Positions 49,345-62,370 of a stretch of DNA of 64,000 nt are shown here, piece by piece. The stretch's first letter is position 1; every line of letters begins with the position of its first letter. The notes beneath the pieces were generated by a model. The model worked only from the letters and a program-made list of their open reading frames with translations. It was not told the DNA's origin and searched no databases. Origin of the DNA: Octopus sinensis (lineage: Eukaryota); contig NW_021834783.1 of NCBI RefSeq assembly GCF_006345805.1, forward strand, positions 1-64,000, read 5' to 3'. The position numbers and the translations under genes were made by a program.

Positions 49345-49810
49345 ATGGTAAATAAAATGAGACAACAAAGCCAAGCCAGTGTGAAATTTCTAGGACGTTT
49401 ATAAAGAGAAAGGTAGTCTTAACAGCTGTTTCAGGGATATAAAAGCTATATATAGAGACAATACGAGAGAGTTAAATAGAAGGAAATAGTAGAGTTCAAT
49501 ATAAGTTATTTTGGAAAGGGAGAGATGTAGGAAGTATAAAGCTAAATATGAGAATAAAAATAAATTGTATGTATTATATATTTTTATTCTTATCCTCATA
49601 CTTCCCTTTGTACTTATATCTCTCTCTTTCCAAAATAACTTCCTATATTGAACTCAACTATTTCCTTCTAGTTAACTTTCTCATATCATCTCTAATGATG
49701 AGATATCTTTTATTTCCCTGAAACAGCTGTTAAGACTACTTTACTCTTTATAAAATGTCCTAGAAATTTCACATTGCCTTGGCTTTGTTGTTTCATTTTA
49801 TCTAACACAC
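49345..49810. repeat. About 470-bp quasi-palindrome (fold-back) in a NUP35 intron
   Basis: Arms of about 220 bp centred near 49570; each arm contains CCCTGAAACAGCTGT. Confidence 0.88.
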
Positions 49811-50059
49811 ACACACACACTTCAAAAAGAATTTAGTAAAATATTTTTGTTATTATTAAGCTGATGTTTAAAATATAAATTAACGTGAAATTTTGATTAA
49901 CGGTTTTAATTTAAATCACTTGAAAATAGGAAGTTTGTATCTTAGAATCAGAAGCGGTCTTGGACAGGTTGCTTTCAAAAGAATCAAACGGCTAATTTCT
50001 AATCTCACTTATTTTATTTCTCCTGTTGACATTACTTTCACATTTTCACATTTTTGTAG

Positions 50060-50141
50060 ACTCCTTACTCCTCCTTCACTCAACAACACACATCCCCAGC
50101 TGTATCGCGGCCCATCTCTGAACCTGAAATGATGCAAATTG
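50060..50141 (+). CDS. NUP35: NUP35 coding exon 4
   Basis: tttttgtAG|ACT...g|GTAAG; frame-consistent. Confidence 0.75.
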
Positions 50142-51621
50142 GTAAGAGCAAATTTAATTATTCACAATTCATTCATGGATGGGGTTGGTCGGTCTGGGTT
50201 ATAACTGGAAAAGAAAAAAAAAACACTTCCTTGTATTGTCATGCAATGGGACTGATCTTAAAACCATTTGGTTGCAGAACAAACTTTTCACCCGGATCGT
50301 AGAGTGACCTGCTGTTCTTGAGAAGACCTATTGAGTCAAGTACGTTAACACCAACATCAAATGAAAATTGAATGGAAATAGTAGTTAAGACACCCGTGCC
50401 AGTCACATGTTAAAAGAAAAGCACCGTCCGAACGTGGCAGCGCCGCCTGACTGGCGTCCGTGTCGGTGACACGTAAAAGCACCATCCGTTCGTGGCCGTT
50501 TGCCAGTCTCCTCTGGCGCCTGTGCTGGTGGCATGTAAAAAGCACCCACTACACTCACAGAGTGGTTGGTGTTAGGAAGGGCATCCAGCTGTAGAAACAC
50601 TGCCAGATCAGACTGGGCCTGGTGCAGCCTTCTGGCTTCCCAGACCCGATAGAACCGTCCAACCCATGCTAGCATGGAAAACGGATGTTAAACGATGATG
50701 AAAGGCAATGAATAAATTCTCAGCAAATAACAAAACCAAACAGTCGTTAAGAGAAATGAAAGCAGCTGAACCTGGTTTAGTGTGAAGGCTGCATGGAACT
50801 GCATAACCCCAAGATATGATCATTATAAACAGCGCTGGCCTAACCACTAAGCCCTTATGAGCATGTGCTTAAGGCATCAAGGGAAGAGGACACCACAGAA
50901 ATGGTAAGGGGTTTACGGCACAAAAGAAACCCCTTTCGTCATCATTTAACGTCCGCTTAACCGGGGTCTGGGAAGCCAGGAGGCTGCACCAGGCCTTGTC
51001 TGATCTGGCAGTGTTTCTACAGCTGGTGCTCTTCCTAACGCCAACCACTCCATGAGTGTAATGGGTGCTTTTTACATGCTACCGGCACAGGTGCCAGGCG
51101 AGGCTGGCAACGGCCACGGTTGGTGCTTTTTACATGCCACCGGCACAGAGGCTAGTTGAGGCAGCACTGGCATTGGCCACGTTCGGATGTTTCTTTTACG
51201 TGCCACTGGCACTGGTATGACAACTACAGTTTCCATTGACTTTTGATCGATTTCGATTTCACTTGCCTCAACAGGTCTTCGCAAGCAGAGTTTAGTGTCC
51301 CAAGAAGGAAAGGTGTGCATAAGTGGACTGGCTACATCCCAGGTAAAGGCCACGGGTTATGGTCTCACTTGTCCTGTTGCTAAAATAATGTTCTTGATGC
51401 CTTATCTTTATTAAGTATAGAAGCAGGTGTGTTACGCAAGAGTAATTTTGAGGATCTGATCAAAGACTTTCCAATTAAAAAAGAATAGAAAACTTTTCAA
51501 ATTTTGAATTCCATTTATATGTGGGGGCAGCAAATTCTTTTAAGTGCTTGGGGCCTTTATGGGTCTTAATCTGGCCCTGATTATAAGACATAAAATGATT
51601 GTTTTACTTTTATATTTCCAG

Positions 51622-51742
51622 GTGGATCATCACCATTATCGAATACAAGCCCACTAAATGTCTCTAATATTAATCAAAGTTTCCAGCAGGTCTCCAAAAT
51701 ACACACATCTCCAACACAAATGGATCCCTTTTATACTCAAGG
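51622..51742 (+). CDS. NUP35: NUP35 coding exon 5
   Basis: SPTQMDPFYTQG resembles the conserved SPAQLDPFYTQG. Confidence 0.92.
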
Positions 51743-53902
51743 GTATGTATTTAATTTCTACAAACATGTTAAGGGGGTGGGGGTCTTGTCCTGCAGATAC
51801 CTGGTGACTTCACTAATGCTGGTGCTGTGGATAAAAGCACCAAGTACACTCTGTGAAGTAGCTGGCATGAAAAAGGACATCCAATGTTGAAACCATGCCA
51901 AACAAAAAAATAAAGAACATTGGAGTTCAGTGCAGGCCTCTGGCGCGTCGGTTCCTGTCAAACTGTCCAACCCATGCTAGCATGGAAAAAGGGGTTTCAA
52001 ATGATGATGCCATACACATTTTTCAACACGATGCCAGCGCTGCCTCGACTGGCTTCCATGCCAGTAGCACGTAAAAAGCACCAACCGAATCGTGGCCGAT
52101 GCCAGTGCCACCTCGACTGGCTTCCGTGCCGGTGGCACATAAAATACACTTATCCGATTGTGGCCATTGCCAGCCTCGCCTGGCACCTGTGCAGGTGGCA
52201 CGTAAAAAGCACCCACTACACTCACGGAGTGGTTGGCGTTTGGAAGGGCATCCAGCTGTAGAAACATTGCCAGATAAGACTGGAGACTGGTGCAGCCTTC
52301 TGGCTTCCCAGACCCCAGTTGCACTGTCAAACCCATGCCAGTATGGAGAACGGACGTTAAACGATGATGATGATGATGATTCCTGCACACATGAAAGGTG
52401 TTCACTGTGGGATTTTGTCTCAAAAAAATTTATCTCAACAGACTTTGTGTATGGAAATATATCATTCCAAGCTGCAAGTTAACTCTTTGGCATTCAGATT
52501 ACTCTTATTTATTTGCATGGCTTTGAATTAATCCTGCATTATCTCGTGGCCTTCAGATTTCAACGACGAGACTGTTTAGTTTTAGGATGTCGTTGTTGGA
52601 TAGATGTGAGGGGCCAGATCTCGCTGGTTTCACAGAGAATATCTGTGCTGGTGGCACGTAAAACGCACCATCCGATCGTGGCCGTTGCCAGCCTAGCCTG
52701 GCACGTAAAAAGCACCCACTACACTCACGGAGTGGTTGGCATTAGGAAAGGCATCCAGCTGTAGAAACATTGCCAGATCAGACTGGGCCTGGTGCAGCCT
52801 TCTGGCTTCCCAGATCCCCGGTCAAACCACCCAACCTGTGCTAGCAATTAATTAGGAATTAATTTAGTACAAAGTCACAGGTGTTAAAATCCATTACTTG
52901 TGTCGGTTATTAGACTGCGGTCATACCAGGGCACCACCTTGAATTTTTAGTCAAATGATTTGACCCCAGTTTTTATATTCAAACCTAGTATTTCTATCGG
53001 TCTCTTTTCTTGAACCGCTAAGTTATGGGGACACCAACACTGATTGTCAAGCAGTGGGTACAAACACAGACACAAAGATGCACACACGTAAAAAGCACCC
53101 ACTACACTCACGGAGTGGTTGGCGTTAGGAAGGGCATCCAGCTGTAGAAACCTTGCCAGATCAGACTGGAGCCTGGTGCAATCTTCTTGCTTCCCAGATC
53201 CCCGGTCGAACCGTCCAACCCATGCTAGTATGGAAAGCGGACGTTAAACGATGATGATGATGATATATGAGCGTGATTGTTACCTGCGTCACCTTACTAG
53301 CACTTGTGCTGGTGACACATGAAAAAAAACATTGGAGCAGGGTCGTTGCCAGTGCCGCTGGACTGGCTCCTGTACAGGTGGCACATAAAAAGCACCATTT
53401 GAGTGTGGCCATTGCCAGTACCGCCTGACTGGCCTTCGTGCCGGTGGCACATAAAAGCATCCACTACTCTCGGAGTGGTTGGTTTTATGAAGGGCATCCA
53501 GCTGTAGAAACTCTGCCAGATCAGACTGGAGTCTGGTGCAGCCATCTGGTTTGCCAGACCTCAGTCAAATCGTCCAACTCATGCTTGCATGGAAAGCAGA
53601 CGTTAAACGGTGATGATGATATGATGGGCTTCTTTCAGGTTTTGTCTACTAAATTCACTCGCAAGGCTTTGATTGGCCTGAGGCTGTAAGTAGAAGAAAC
53701 TTGCCCAAGGTGCCATGCAGTGGGACTGAACCCGGAACCATGTTGTTGAGAAGCAGGCTTCTTTTGCCACTCTTCCACATCTGAAGTTTCTATTGAAAAG
53801 TCTTTGGATTTGTATCTTGGACCAAATCCCTAATTCTTTTGGCAAGAAAGTCAAAAATTGTAACTTTGCGACTTTTAACTAATGAAATTCTTTTTCTTGC
53901 AG

Positions 53903-53956
53903 AGAATCTTTATTGGTTACTGACCAACTTGATGAAACTTGGGTTACTATTTTCGG
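53903..53956 (+). CDS. NUP35: NUP35 coding exon 6 (RRM start)
   Basis: ESLLVTDQLDETWVTIFG. Confidence 0.92.
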
Positions 53957-54235
53957 GTAAGTCTCTCTTTTGATATCTTGCCTTTGTCTTGGAATAGTTT
54001 TTGTCTACATTTTTGCACATTATTTGTTGATGAAGAAACCAACAAGGGAGCCTCTACATCAGGGATTCTAAATCTTTTTTTTTTTTTTGTCCTACACCCA
54101 ACTTCAATTTTAACCCCTAAAAAACATGCACCTCCAACATGAAGAAAAGTACACACGCACACACAAATTATGCAATAGGTGTACAAACGGGGTAAATTTA
54201 CCTATTTCTCCATTGATTGAAAACATGCCAGACAG

Positions 54236-54725
54236 CCCTTTCGTTACCAACCCAGCTAAAATTGCCTTTCGCTCTGTAGTACAAATGTCTTGTTTCCATA
54301 AGTTTTGAATTAAAATCTTCCCCCAAACCTTAGTCCCAATTTATGTTCCTAACACCAGCATAATGATAACTAAGTTATTTTACTAAATTCTTTGATTTAA
54401 GATTAATTTTTTAAATTTAAATTTAAGATTAATTGCAAGAAACACAGAGCATCTCAACAGAAATATGGTAGCAAAAGGGTTAAAGTTACCATGATATTTT
54501 AAACTCTTTTGATACCAACCTGGCTGAAACCACCTCTGGCTCTGTAGTACAAATGTCTTGTTTTCATAAGTTTTGAATTAAAATCTTCCACCAAACCTTA
54601 GTCACGATTTATGTTGCTAACACTAGCTTAATGATAACTAAGTTATTTTACTAAATTCTTTGTTACATTTAAAATTAATTGGAAGAAACACAGAGCATCT
54701 TAAAATAAATAGAGTAACGAAAGGG
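54236..54725. mobile_element. Two adjacent piggyBac-like MITEs
   Basis: 54236-54479 and 54503-54725 each end AAAGGG|TTAA. Confidence 0.75.
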
Positions 54726-54814
54726 TTAATTGATTTTCAAACTTTGTGTTCTCATCAGAGGTGTTGACATCACTTGACCAGTTCCACAAAAACAAGCAAC
54801 CAGTCTGTTTATAT

Positions 54815-54866
<52 letters not shown>

Positions 54867-55546
54867 TTCTTTCTTTATTGCCCACAAGGGGTTAGACATA
54901 GAGGGGACAAACAAGGACAAACTAAGGGATTAAGTTGATTACATCGACCCCAGTGCGAAACTGGTACTTTATTTATTGACCCCGAAAGGATGAAAGGCAA
55001 AGTTGACTTCGGCGGAATTTGAACTCAGAACGTAACGATATATATGCGCTTGTTTAGAGCCAATGCCTCTCAATGCCCTCGTAGAAGCTCCTATGTTTCT
55101 TGTCAGCTGCCATCTGTTGTTCCTGTCTTCCAGAGTCATCCTGTAGAACGGTTATCTTTGCAGAATTCCTTACAACTTGGGATCAATATAGTAACAACAA
55201 AAATGGCTTGGGGGTGGGAACCATAGGATATCATTAGACATTATTTATAATATCTATAAATCTTGAGCATACCCATGGAATAGAGGCATGCTCAAGATTC
55301 ATAGATATTATAAATATTTAATAATATCCTCACAAATGAATATGTGGTATATAGTAACATATTGCAATAAAATGCAAAAATTTCCTTCCACAAGTCATTT
55401 TCATTATTACTATATGTATCATCATCATTTAATGACCACCTTCCATGCTAACGTAGGCAGGACGTGTGTACATATATACATATATATAGATGCCATGATA
55501 GATCGTTAGCTACTACACACATTTTTTCTCTCCTTGTTTTTTCTGT

Positions 55547-55588
55547 GTCTCTTTCTGTCGAAGAGCGTAGGCTCGAAACGTAAAAGAC
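55547..55588 (+). ncRNA. Minimal hammerhead-like motif with atypical core
   Basis: GTCTCTTT-CTGTCGAA-GAG CGTAGG CTC-GAAA-CGT-A-AAAGAC; helix III is reduced to the palindrome ACGT. Confidence 0.4.
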
Positions 55589-55745
55589 TTTTTCTATTCC
55601 TGAACATTATACTAATACATCTGTTTGTTTTATACACCACCTGTCTTTATCTTTGTTTTTTTCGTAATCTCTCCCTATATATATATATAATAGAAATATT
55701 AAAATTACTAAGTCTCTCTAAAGGAGATTACGGCAGCGTTACTGG

Positions 55746-56068
55746 ATATTAATAGTTATCGCCATACTAATATGGCAGTCTAAATATAAGACTAAAGCTG
55801 TTGCTGATTAGCTCCAAGAGGCACCGCCTCTAGCTAGCTATATGACACAAACCTGCGTCCACTACAACCTTCGAACAGGGGAAGTCAGCCGCTTCACCTT
55901 GCTAATCAGATATCTGCAGACATGTTTGAGGGTTGTTGCCCTTTATCAATGCAGCGTAGTCAGGTTCGTGTGTCATATAGCTAGCTAGAGGCGATGGCCT
56001 CTTGGAGCTAATCAGCGACAGCTTTAGTCTTATATTTATAGACTGCCATATTAGTATGGCGATAACTA

Positions 56069-56075
<7 letters not shown>
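55746..56075. repeat. About 330-bp fold-back with about 110-bp arms and a decayed minus-strand hammerhead-like motif in the spacer (55914-55954)
   Basis: 55746-55855 is approximately the reverse complement of 55961-56075. Confidence 0.85.
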
Positions 56076-56117
<42 letters not shown>

Positions 56118-56229
56118 AATGATAATGGGTTATGGGTTCCTTCTGACATGGATTCAGCTGTGAAGAAGAGACTCACATTTAAAAATGATTCTTTCCATCT
56201 GGTTATTTAGAATTTCCTTTTCTCCTCAG

Positions 56230-56299
56230 CTTCAATTCAGCTGCTGCATCTTATATCCTTGACCAGTTCTCACAATATGGAAACATTTTACAACATGTG
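56230..56299 (+). CDS. NUP35: NUP35 coding exon 7 (RRM)
   Basis: (G)FNSAAASYILDQFSQYGNILQHV. Confidence 0.92.
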
Positions 56300-56609
56300 G
56301 TATGTACTCCATTCTTGCTTTCTCTGTCAGTTTGTGTGTGTGTATGTGTGTGTGAGGAGGATATTTTGTAAATAAAAATAACCCTGAGATCTTCCCTGGG
56401 ATAATTTCAATATAGAGGGGCGAGCATGGCTGTTTTAAGAGGTTTACATCTTAACGACACAGCTATTTCAGTTTTTAGTTTTGTCCGACAGTGTGGCTCT
56501 TTTTGCCAAGTGTCTTCTGTTGTAGCTCTGGACTAACCAAAGCCTTGGGAGTGGATTTGATAGGTGCAATCTAAAAGAAGCCCATCATATATATATATAT
56601 ATATATATA

Positions 56610-56995
56610 TAGGCGCAGGAGTGGCTGTGTGGTAAGTAGCTTGCTAACCAACCACATGTTTCCGGGTTCAGTCCCACTGCGTGGCACCTTGGGCAAGTGT
56701 CTTCTACTATAGCCTCGAGCCGACCAAAGCCTTGTGAGTGGATTTGGTAGACGGAAACTGAAAGAAGCCTATCGTATATATGTATATGTGTGTGTGTGTC
56801 TGTGTTCGTCCCCCTAGCATTGCTTGACAACCGATGCTGGTGTGTTTACGTCTCCGTCACTTAGCGGTGCGGCAAAAAGAAACCGATAGAATAAGTACTG
56901 GGCTTACAAAAGAATAAGTCCCGGGGTTGATTTTCTCGATTAAAGGCGGTGCTCCAGCATAGCCGCAGTCAAATGACTGAAACAAGTAAAAGAGT
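56610..56995 (+). mobile_element. Full-length CORE-type (OR2-like) SINE
   Basis: tRNA-like head (TGGCTGTGTGG...GGTTCAGTCCC), MIR-like CCTTGGGCAAGT core, internal microsatellite, and CAGCATRGCC...CTGAAACAAGTAAAAG tail. Confidence 0.85.
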
Positions 56996-57729
56996 ATATA
57001 TATATATATATATATATATATCATCGTTTAACGTCCGTTTTCCATGCTAGCATAGGTTGGACGGTTCAACTGGGGTCTGGGAAACCAGGAGGCTACACCA
57101 GGCTCCAGTCTGATCTGGCAGTGTTTCTACAGCTGGATGCCCTTCCTAATGCCAACCACTCCTTGAGTGTGGTGGGTGCTTTTTATGTGTCACCGCCGTC
57201 CTGGCATGTAAGAATGTATATAAAATATAATGTGGGTGTATGTTTGTCTCATTGTGTTGATGTCACACATGCTGTGATAATTATGAACAAATGTTGCTAT
57301 CCAACCTTCCATGGAAGGCATGTCCAACCATGGAGAAATATTACCTTTCTAGTAACAGAAAGGGCATCTGGCTATAGAAAATCTGCCTTAGTGAATTCTG
57401 TCTGGTCTGTGCAGGAATGGGGAAATGGATGTGAAACAAATGATAGTGTTTTGACATTGTTTAAATGCTTAATATAAAACCATGTCACAACTTAAGCCAT
57501 GATGTCGTTTGTGCTTTGTATGAGACATGTCAAGTCATTCAGAAGTTTGTTAGATGAAAGACCAGGGAGATAATAAATACATGGTTATCACCATTTAATG
57601 CCCACTTTTCCTTGTCTGCATGCACGAGATGGAATTTAATGAGGCAGGTTAGCAACAGGAAAGGCATCCTGCTGTACAAGATGTGCCTCAACAAAATGAA
57701 CATTAAATGACTCTATTTACTTGCTCAGC

Positions 57730-58505
57730 GATGGTGGGATTCCAGATGAGATGAACGTGTGCGGCAAGCCTCACTTCATATCCCATTGTCACTCTTTGTT
57801 TCTGCTCTGCTGGCAGGGGAAGACTATACCTGACAGGTGGAAACACTCCAATACTGTCACAGACTACAAGCACGAGGGAAACCATACAGAGTTTGGCAAC
57901 AGCAGAGGAATCTCTCATCCAGATAATACCGGAAAGATCATCATCATCGTTTAACCTTCGCTTTCCATGCTAGCATGGGTTGAACGATTTGACTGAGGAC
58001 TGGCAAACCAGATGGCTGCACCAGGCTCCAATCTGATCTGGCAGAGTTTCTACAGCTGGATGCCCTTCCTAACGCCAACCACTCCGAGAATGTAGTGGGT
58101 GCTTATAAAGTGCCACCGGCACGAGGGCTAGTCTGGCGGTACTGGCAATGGCCACACTCGAAAATGGTGTTTTTTACGTGCCACCTGCACAGGAGTCAGT
58201 CCAGCAGCACTGGCAACAACCTCGCTCGAATGTTTTGTTCACGTGTCACCGGCACAAGTGCCAGTGAGGTGACGCTGACAACGATTCCCCTCAGTCTTCC
58301 ACTTGTTGTCAACCTGGTCATGCCTTAAGTCCCTGTGTGGATTTTGACCAGAAAGAAGTATTTCTCACCTGATATTTGTGACCCATCTTCTTGAAAAGTG
58401 TCATGAACTGCTGAGAGGGACATAGGTTACACCTTCATCAATTTAACAAAGACATTTGACACAGTCCACCATCCTATGTTGTGGTGATTCACAAGTTTGG
58501 CTGTC
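57730..58505 (+). mobile_element. RTE-type RT remnant split by a younger insertion (about 57945-58295)
   Basis: GIPDE...LFLLCW....IPDRWK...RGIS...GKI, then CGF*PERS...LLEKC...FINLTKTFDTV. Confidence 0.7.
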
Positions 58506-58793
58506 CACCAACATTACTCTCAAAATGACTATGTTGATGATGATGATGATAACTGTACAGAATATGTGTTGTGTAATTAAAGATTGATGTTGATTACTTT
58601 ATGTTTTGATAATGAATTTGGTCAGAAAGTTCTTCTAACAATTTCAGCGTAGAGAATCCGTAATGTTATTGAAGTGGAGAAAAGATATGTTCTTTACCAG
58701 CTGCTGTTTTAGTTATTATCTCCCCCCCCCCCCATTGCTGTTTATTTCTAAATTTATATCTTTATTTATTTTTTTTTTCTTGTTTTGTTGCAG

Positions 58794-58922
58794 ATATCTT
58801 CAGATGGCAATTGGATGCATATACAATATCAATCCAAATTACAAGCTAAAAAGGCTCTCAGCAAGAATGGCAAAATATTTGGTGATAGTATTATGTTGGG
58901 AGTTACACCTTGCATTGATAAG
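58794..58922 (+). CDS. NUP35: NUP35 coding exon 8 (RRM end)
   Basis: [43 protein letters not shown]. Confidence 0.95.
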
Positions 58923-59498
58923 GTAATCCCCCACTTCTCTTACTTAGGTATCTTGACTTTAAAACCAGGGTGTTACTTGTCACATGATGGGTAAATTAGG
59001 AAGTATGCTTTTACCACCATAGCTTATATCAAGAAATTTGGCAAACATACACTTTACTCTCTCTCTCTTTTACTCTTTTACTTGTTTCAGTCATTTGACT
59101 GCGGCCATGCTGGAGCACCGCCTTTAGTCGAGCAAATCGACCCCGGGACTTATTCTATCGGCCTATATGTTATAACTAGTTTATATTAAAGAATAAAGAT
59201 GTTGTGAGTCGGAATCAGAGTCAGTATAGTTTCACCCTCTCTGACTCCAGCTACCCCTTAATTGTTTCTGACTCCACGACTGCCACCAAGCTTATGTATG
59301 AGACGAAGACAGGAGAATAGGAATCTCATTTCAATGATTCATTGGTTAGGCATTAGAAAAAATCTCAAGTTGTTAAAACACACCAAAATATTTTCAGATT
59401 TGCAAAATCCTCTCTCTTGAAGCAGAATAGCAATTTTTTTTAATGTAATTGGTTTTGCAGTAATTATTTTCTAATTATTTATTTTACTTTGTTCACAG

Positions 59499-59708
59499 AA
59501 TCTCATGGAATCTAACAAAGAAAATATACATATCCATAGCATTCTATCGGCGCCATCCAATATCTACCATTCCACACCGATGTCTTCCAAGATCCAAAGC
59601 CATTCTCTATTACCCAACGTGATTGGAACCCCTAACTCTCTCTCAACAGGTGTAAGACCAATTAATACACCAAAGTCTTTGCAAAAAAGACCATTGAATG
59701 AAAGCGAG
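59499..59708 (+). CDS. NUP35: NUP35 coding exon 9
   Basis: cAG|AAT...GAG|GTAACT; 70 codons, phase 0/0. Confidence 0.85.
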
Positions 59709-60227
59709 GTAACTTTGTTCTCCATTCTAAATTTGTTTGATTTCAAGCAGAGGTTCTCAGCCCTTTTTTTTTGCTATTGACCCCATCGGTTCTTTTTTGT
59801 ATTCAGTTGGACCCTCATAACCATTCAATGCTTTAAAAATCCTATAATATTTTCATAATTGAATATTTATCAGGAATTGTATAAAAAGATTAAAATATTT
59901 TGTGTATTGCAGAAATATAAGCAAATTATTGCACATAAATTATGACAGCAAAATCTTGTAGTGCCCTCAAAAGGGTCGTATGGGTCCTGGTAGAGAGCCA
60001 CTTCACTGGATTTAGTTTCCAACCATGTAGTTTTGAGTTCAGTCCCACTGCTTGGCACTTTGAGCGAATGTCTTCTACTATAGTCCAGAGTGGCATTTCT
60101 CAACTATTTTACTCTTGCGTAATGCTTAAAATAAATTATGTCTCAAGGAACCTCTGCACACAAAAAAAATTATATACAATATTTTTCCATTGTAGTTCAT
60201 GTAGTAAATATTTTGTGTGTGTGTGTG

Positions 60228-60258
<31 letters not shown>

Positions 60259-60544
60259 CATTTAACATCCGTTTTCCATGCTGGCATGGCTTGGATGGTT
60301 TGACTGAGGTCTGGAGAGCCAGCAGCTGCACCAGGCTTCAACCTGATCTGACAATGTTTCTACAGCTGGATGCCCTTCCTAATGCTAACCACTCTAGTGG
60401 GTGTTTTTTACATGCCACCGCCACAGGAGCCAATCAGGGGACATTGGCATTGGCCACATTCGGATGTTACATTTTATGTTGCACTGGCACGGGAGCCAGT
60501 CAGCAGACTTGGTCGCCTAGGTAGCGGAAGCTATCAACTACTTC

Positions 60545-60900
60545 TAGTTTTTTCCCCTGACATGTGATGGAATCTGTTTTCAGTGTTTATTGCCCCAGTG
60601 CATCTCCCACACGCAAAAACTATCTTCCCAGTTAACCTTCCTTTGATATTGCTGCACCTTTTATGTGTCCATAGCTTACACTGAGTACATCGTATGGAGT
60701 TTCTACTCACACCTTTTCTACTGCTCAAGCAGGGCCATCTACCTGAAGGGGCTTGATTTGTCAGCCATCCTACTTACTAAGACTTTGGTTTTTGCTAGGT
60801 TAACCCATTAGATCCTTCAATTCTAGACCTTGCTTCTGGCGGTGACTCGGCTATTAGAGGAGCTCTCAGGGGCAGCCTGTCTTGAATTCCTCTGTTATTA
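60545..60900 (-). mobile_element. RTE LINE fragment, same family as 8009-9331
   Basis: RKGVSRNSIRCTQCKLWTHKRCSNIKG. Confidence 0.85.
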
Positions 60901-62103
60901 CCTGGAGATGATTGTTATATTTTTTTGATAACATAATAGGTTAGAAAGGATGAGATCTATAAGTGCAAGTATTCCCTCATCTATGTGTGTATTCATTTGC
61001 TGGTTGTGTACACTGTGGAAAGCGTGTCTTAAGTTTTTTTGAATGTTGCATTGGGGCAGGCATGGCTGTTCCCAACTACATAGTTCTAGGCTCAATCCCA
61101 TTGTGTGGCATCTCGAGCAAGTGTCTTGTACTATATCCTCAGATCAACCAAAGCCTTGTGTGTGGATTTTGTAGATGGAAACCAAAACTATTTGTATGTG
61201 TGGGGCCGTTCGCCAGCTTCGTCTGGCACCTGTGTCGGTGGCACATAAAAAACACCATCCGAGCGTGGCCGTTCGCCAGCCTCGTCTGGCACCTGTGTCA
61301 GTGGCACATAAAAAGCACCCACTACACTCACGGAGTGGTTGGCGTTAGGAAGGGCATCCAGCTGTAGAAACTTTGCCAGATCGGACTGGAGCCTGGTGCA
61401 GCCTTTGGGCTTCCCAGACCCCAGTTGAACCGTCCAACCCATGCTAGCATGGAAAACGGACGTTATACGACGATGATGTACATGAACCCTTGATACACAT
61501 ATCTTTTATGTCAGTCATTTAACTGTAAACTGATTTGAATGTTACTTGTCAAACTTGGTAGATTAAAATGGGTAATGCCTTGTGGAAATGAGCTAACTTC
61601 CTGATATTTGTATTATTTAAAATAATTAATTGCAACTGCTTTGCATGTGAAAGAGTTCATGTTTTCAGTGCAGGTGTGGCTTGTGTGGTTTAGAAGCTTG
61701 CTTCCCAACCATGTGGTCTCAGGTTCAGTTCCATTGTGTGGCACCTTGGGCAGATGTCTTTTACTGTAGCCCCGGGTCTACCCAGTGCCTTGTGAGTTGA
61801 TTTGGTAAACAGAAACTGAAGGAAGCCCATATGTGTATGGACCCTTGTCTTGATATCATGAGATGATTGTGAACAAGTGGCTTTATCATAAAAGCAGTGT
61901 TACTTGTTTCCAATGTTTGGCCTTACTTGGAAACAGGTGAGGGTTGGCAACAGGAAAGGCATCCAGCTGTAGAATATCTGCCTCAGCAAATTCTGTTTGA
62001 CCCAAGCAAGTATGGAAGAGGGTGTTAAATGATGATTGATTTAATTTTTTTTTTTTATTTTAGTTTGCTGAAATCTCCATGATTTTTTTTTCTCCCTGTT
62101 TAG

Positions 62104-62181
62104 GTGTTCCAGACAGCACGGACTCCACAGAAAAGCAATGATTTTTTCTCTAAAGCCATGGAATATGTTTTTGGCTGGTAG
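62104..62181 (+). CDS. NUP35: NUP35 terminal coding exon (C-terminal amphipathic helix)
   Basis: VFQTARTPQKSNDFFSKAMEYVFGW*; the ten exons total 1059 nt = 352 aa + stop. Confidence 0.95.
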   Translation: MFQTARTPQKSNDFFSKAMEYVFGW

Positions 62182-62364
62182 ATTATATCAATATTTTAAG
62201 TCCGTATATCATTTTAGGATTAAAGAAGAAGAAAAATTCAAAAATGTTTAAACTAGGGGATTTAATGTTTATATTTTTTGGTATATAATTAATCCATCTC
62301 CGAAAGTTTCTGCTTTATTTTTGTATAAGTCACCTTTGTACAAAGCTGTCGTTAATAATTAAAT

Positions 62365-62370
62365 AATAAA
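62365..62370 (+). terminator. Putative NUP35 polyadenylation signal
   Basis: AATAAA about 180 nt after the stop codon. Confidence 0.45.

Larger units (their letters stand above)
44450..61478. mobile_element. About 17 dispersed RTE 3'-UTR-type fragments with variable tandem modules, in both orientations, across NUP35 introns (other copies at about 17.9, 19.8, 22.1, 30.3 and 36.1 kb)
   Basis: Shared GTGGCACRTAAAAAGCACC modules, GGTTGGCGTTAGGAAGGGCATCCAGCTGTAGAAAC block and GTTAAACGATGATGA tail; the count is by eye. Confidence 0.8.

Noticed and set aside
56610-56690. tRNA genes suggested by A/B-box-like sequences
   Set aside because: They are SINE heads that continue into core and tail sequence, and no full cloverleaf is evident.
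59200-59290. GAGTCGG...CTGACTCC inverted motifs as a MITE
   Set aside because: Too degenerate; no TSD found.
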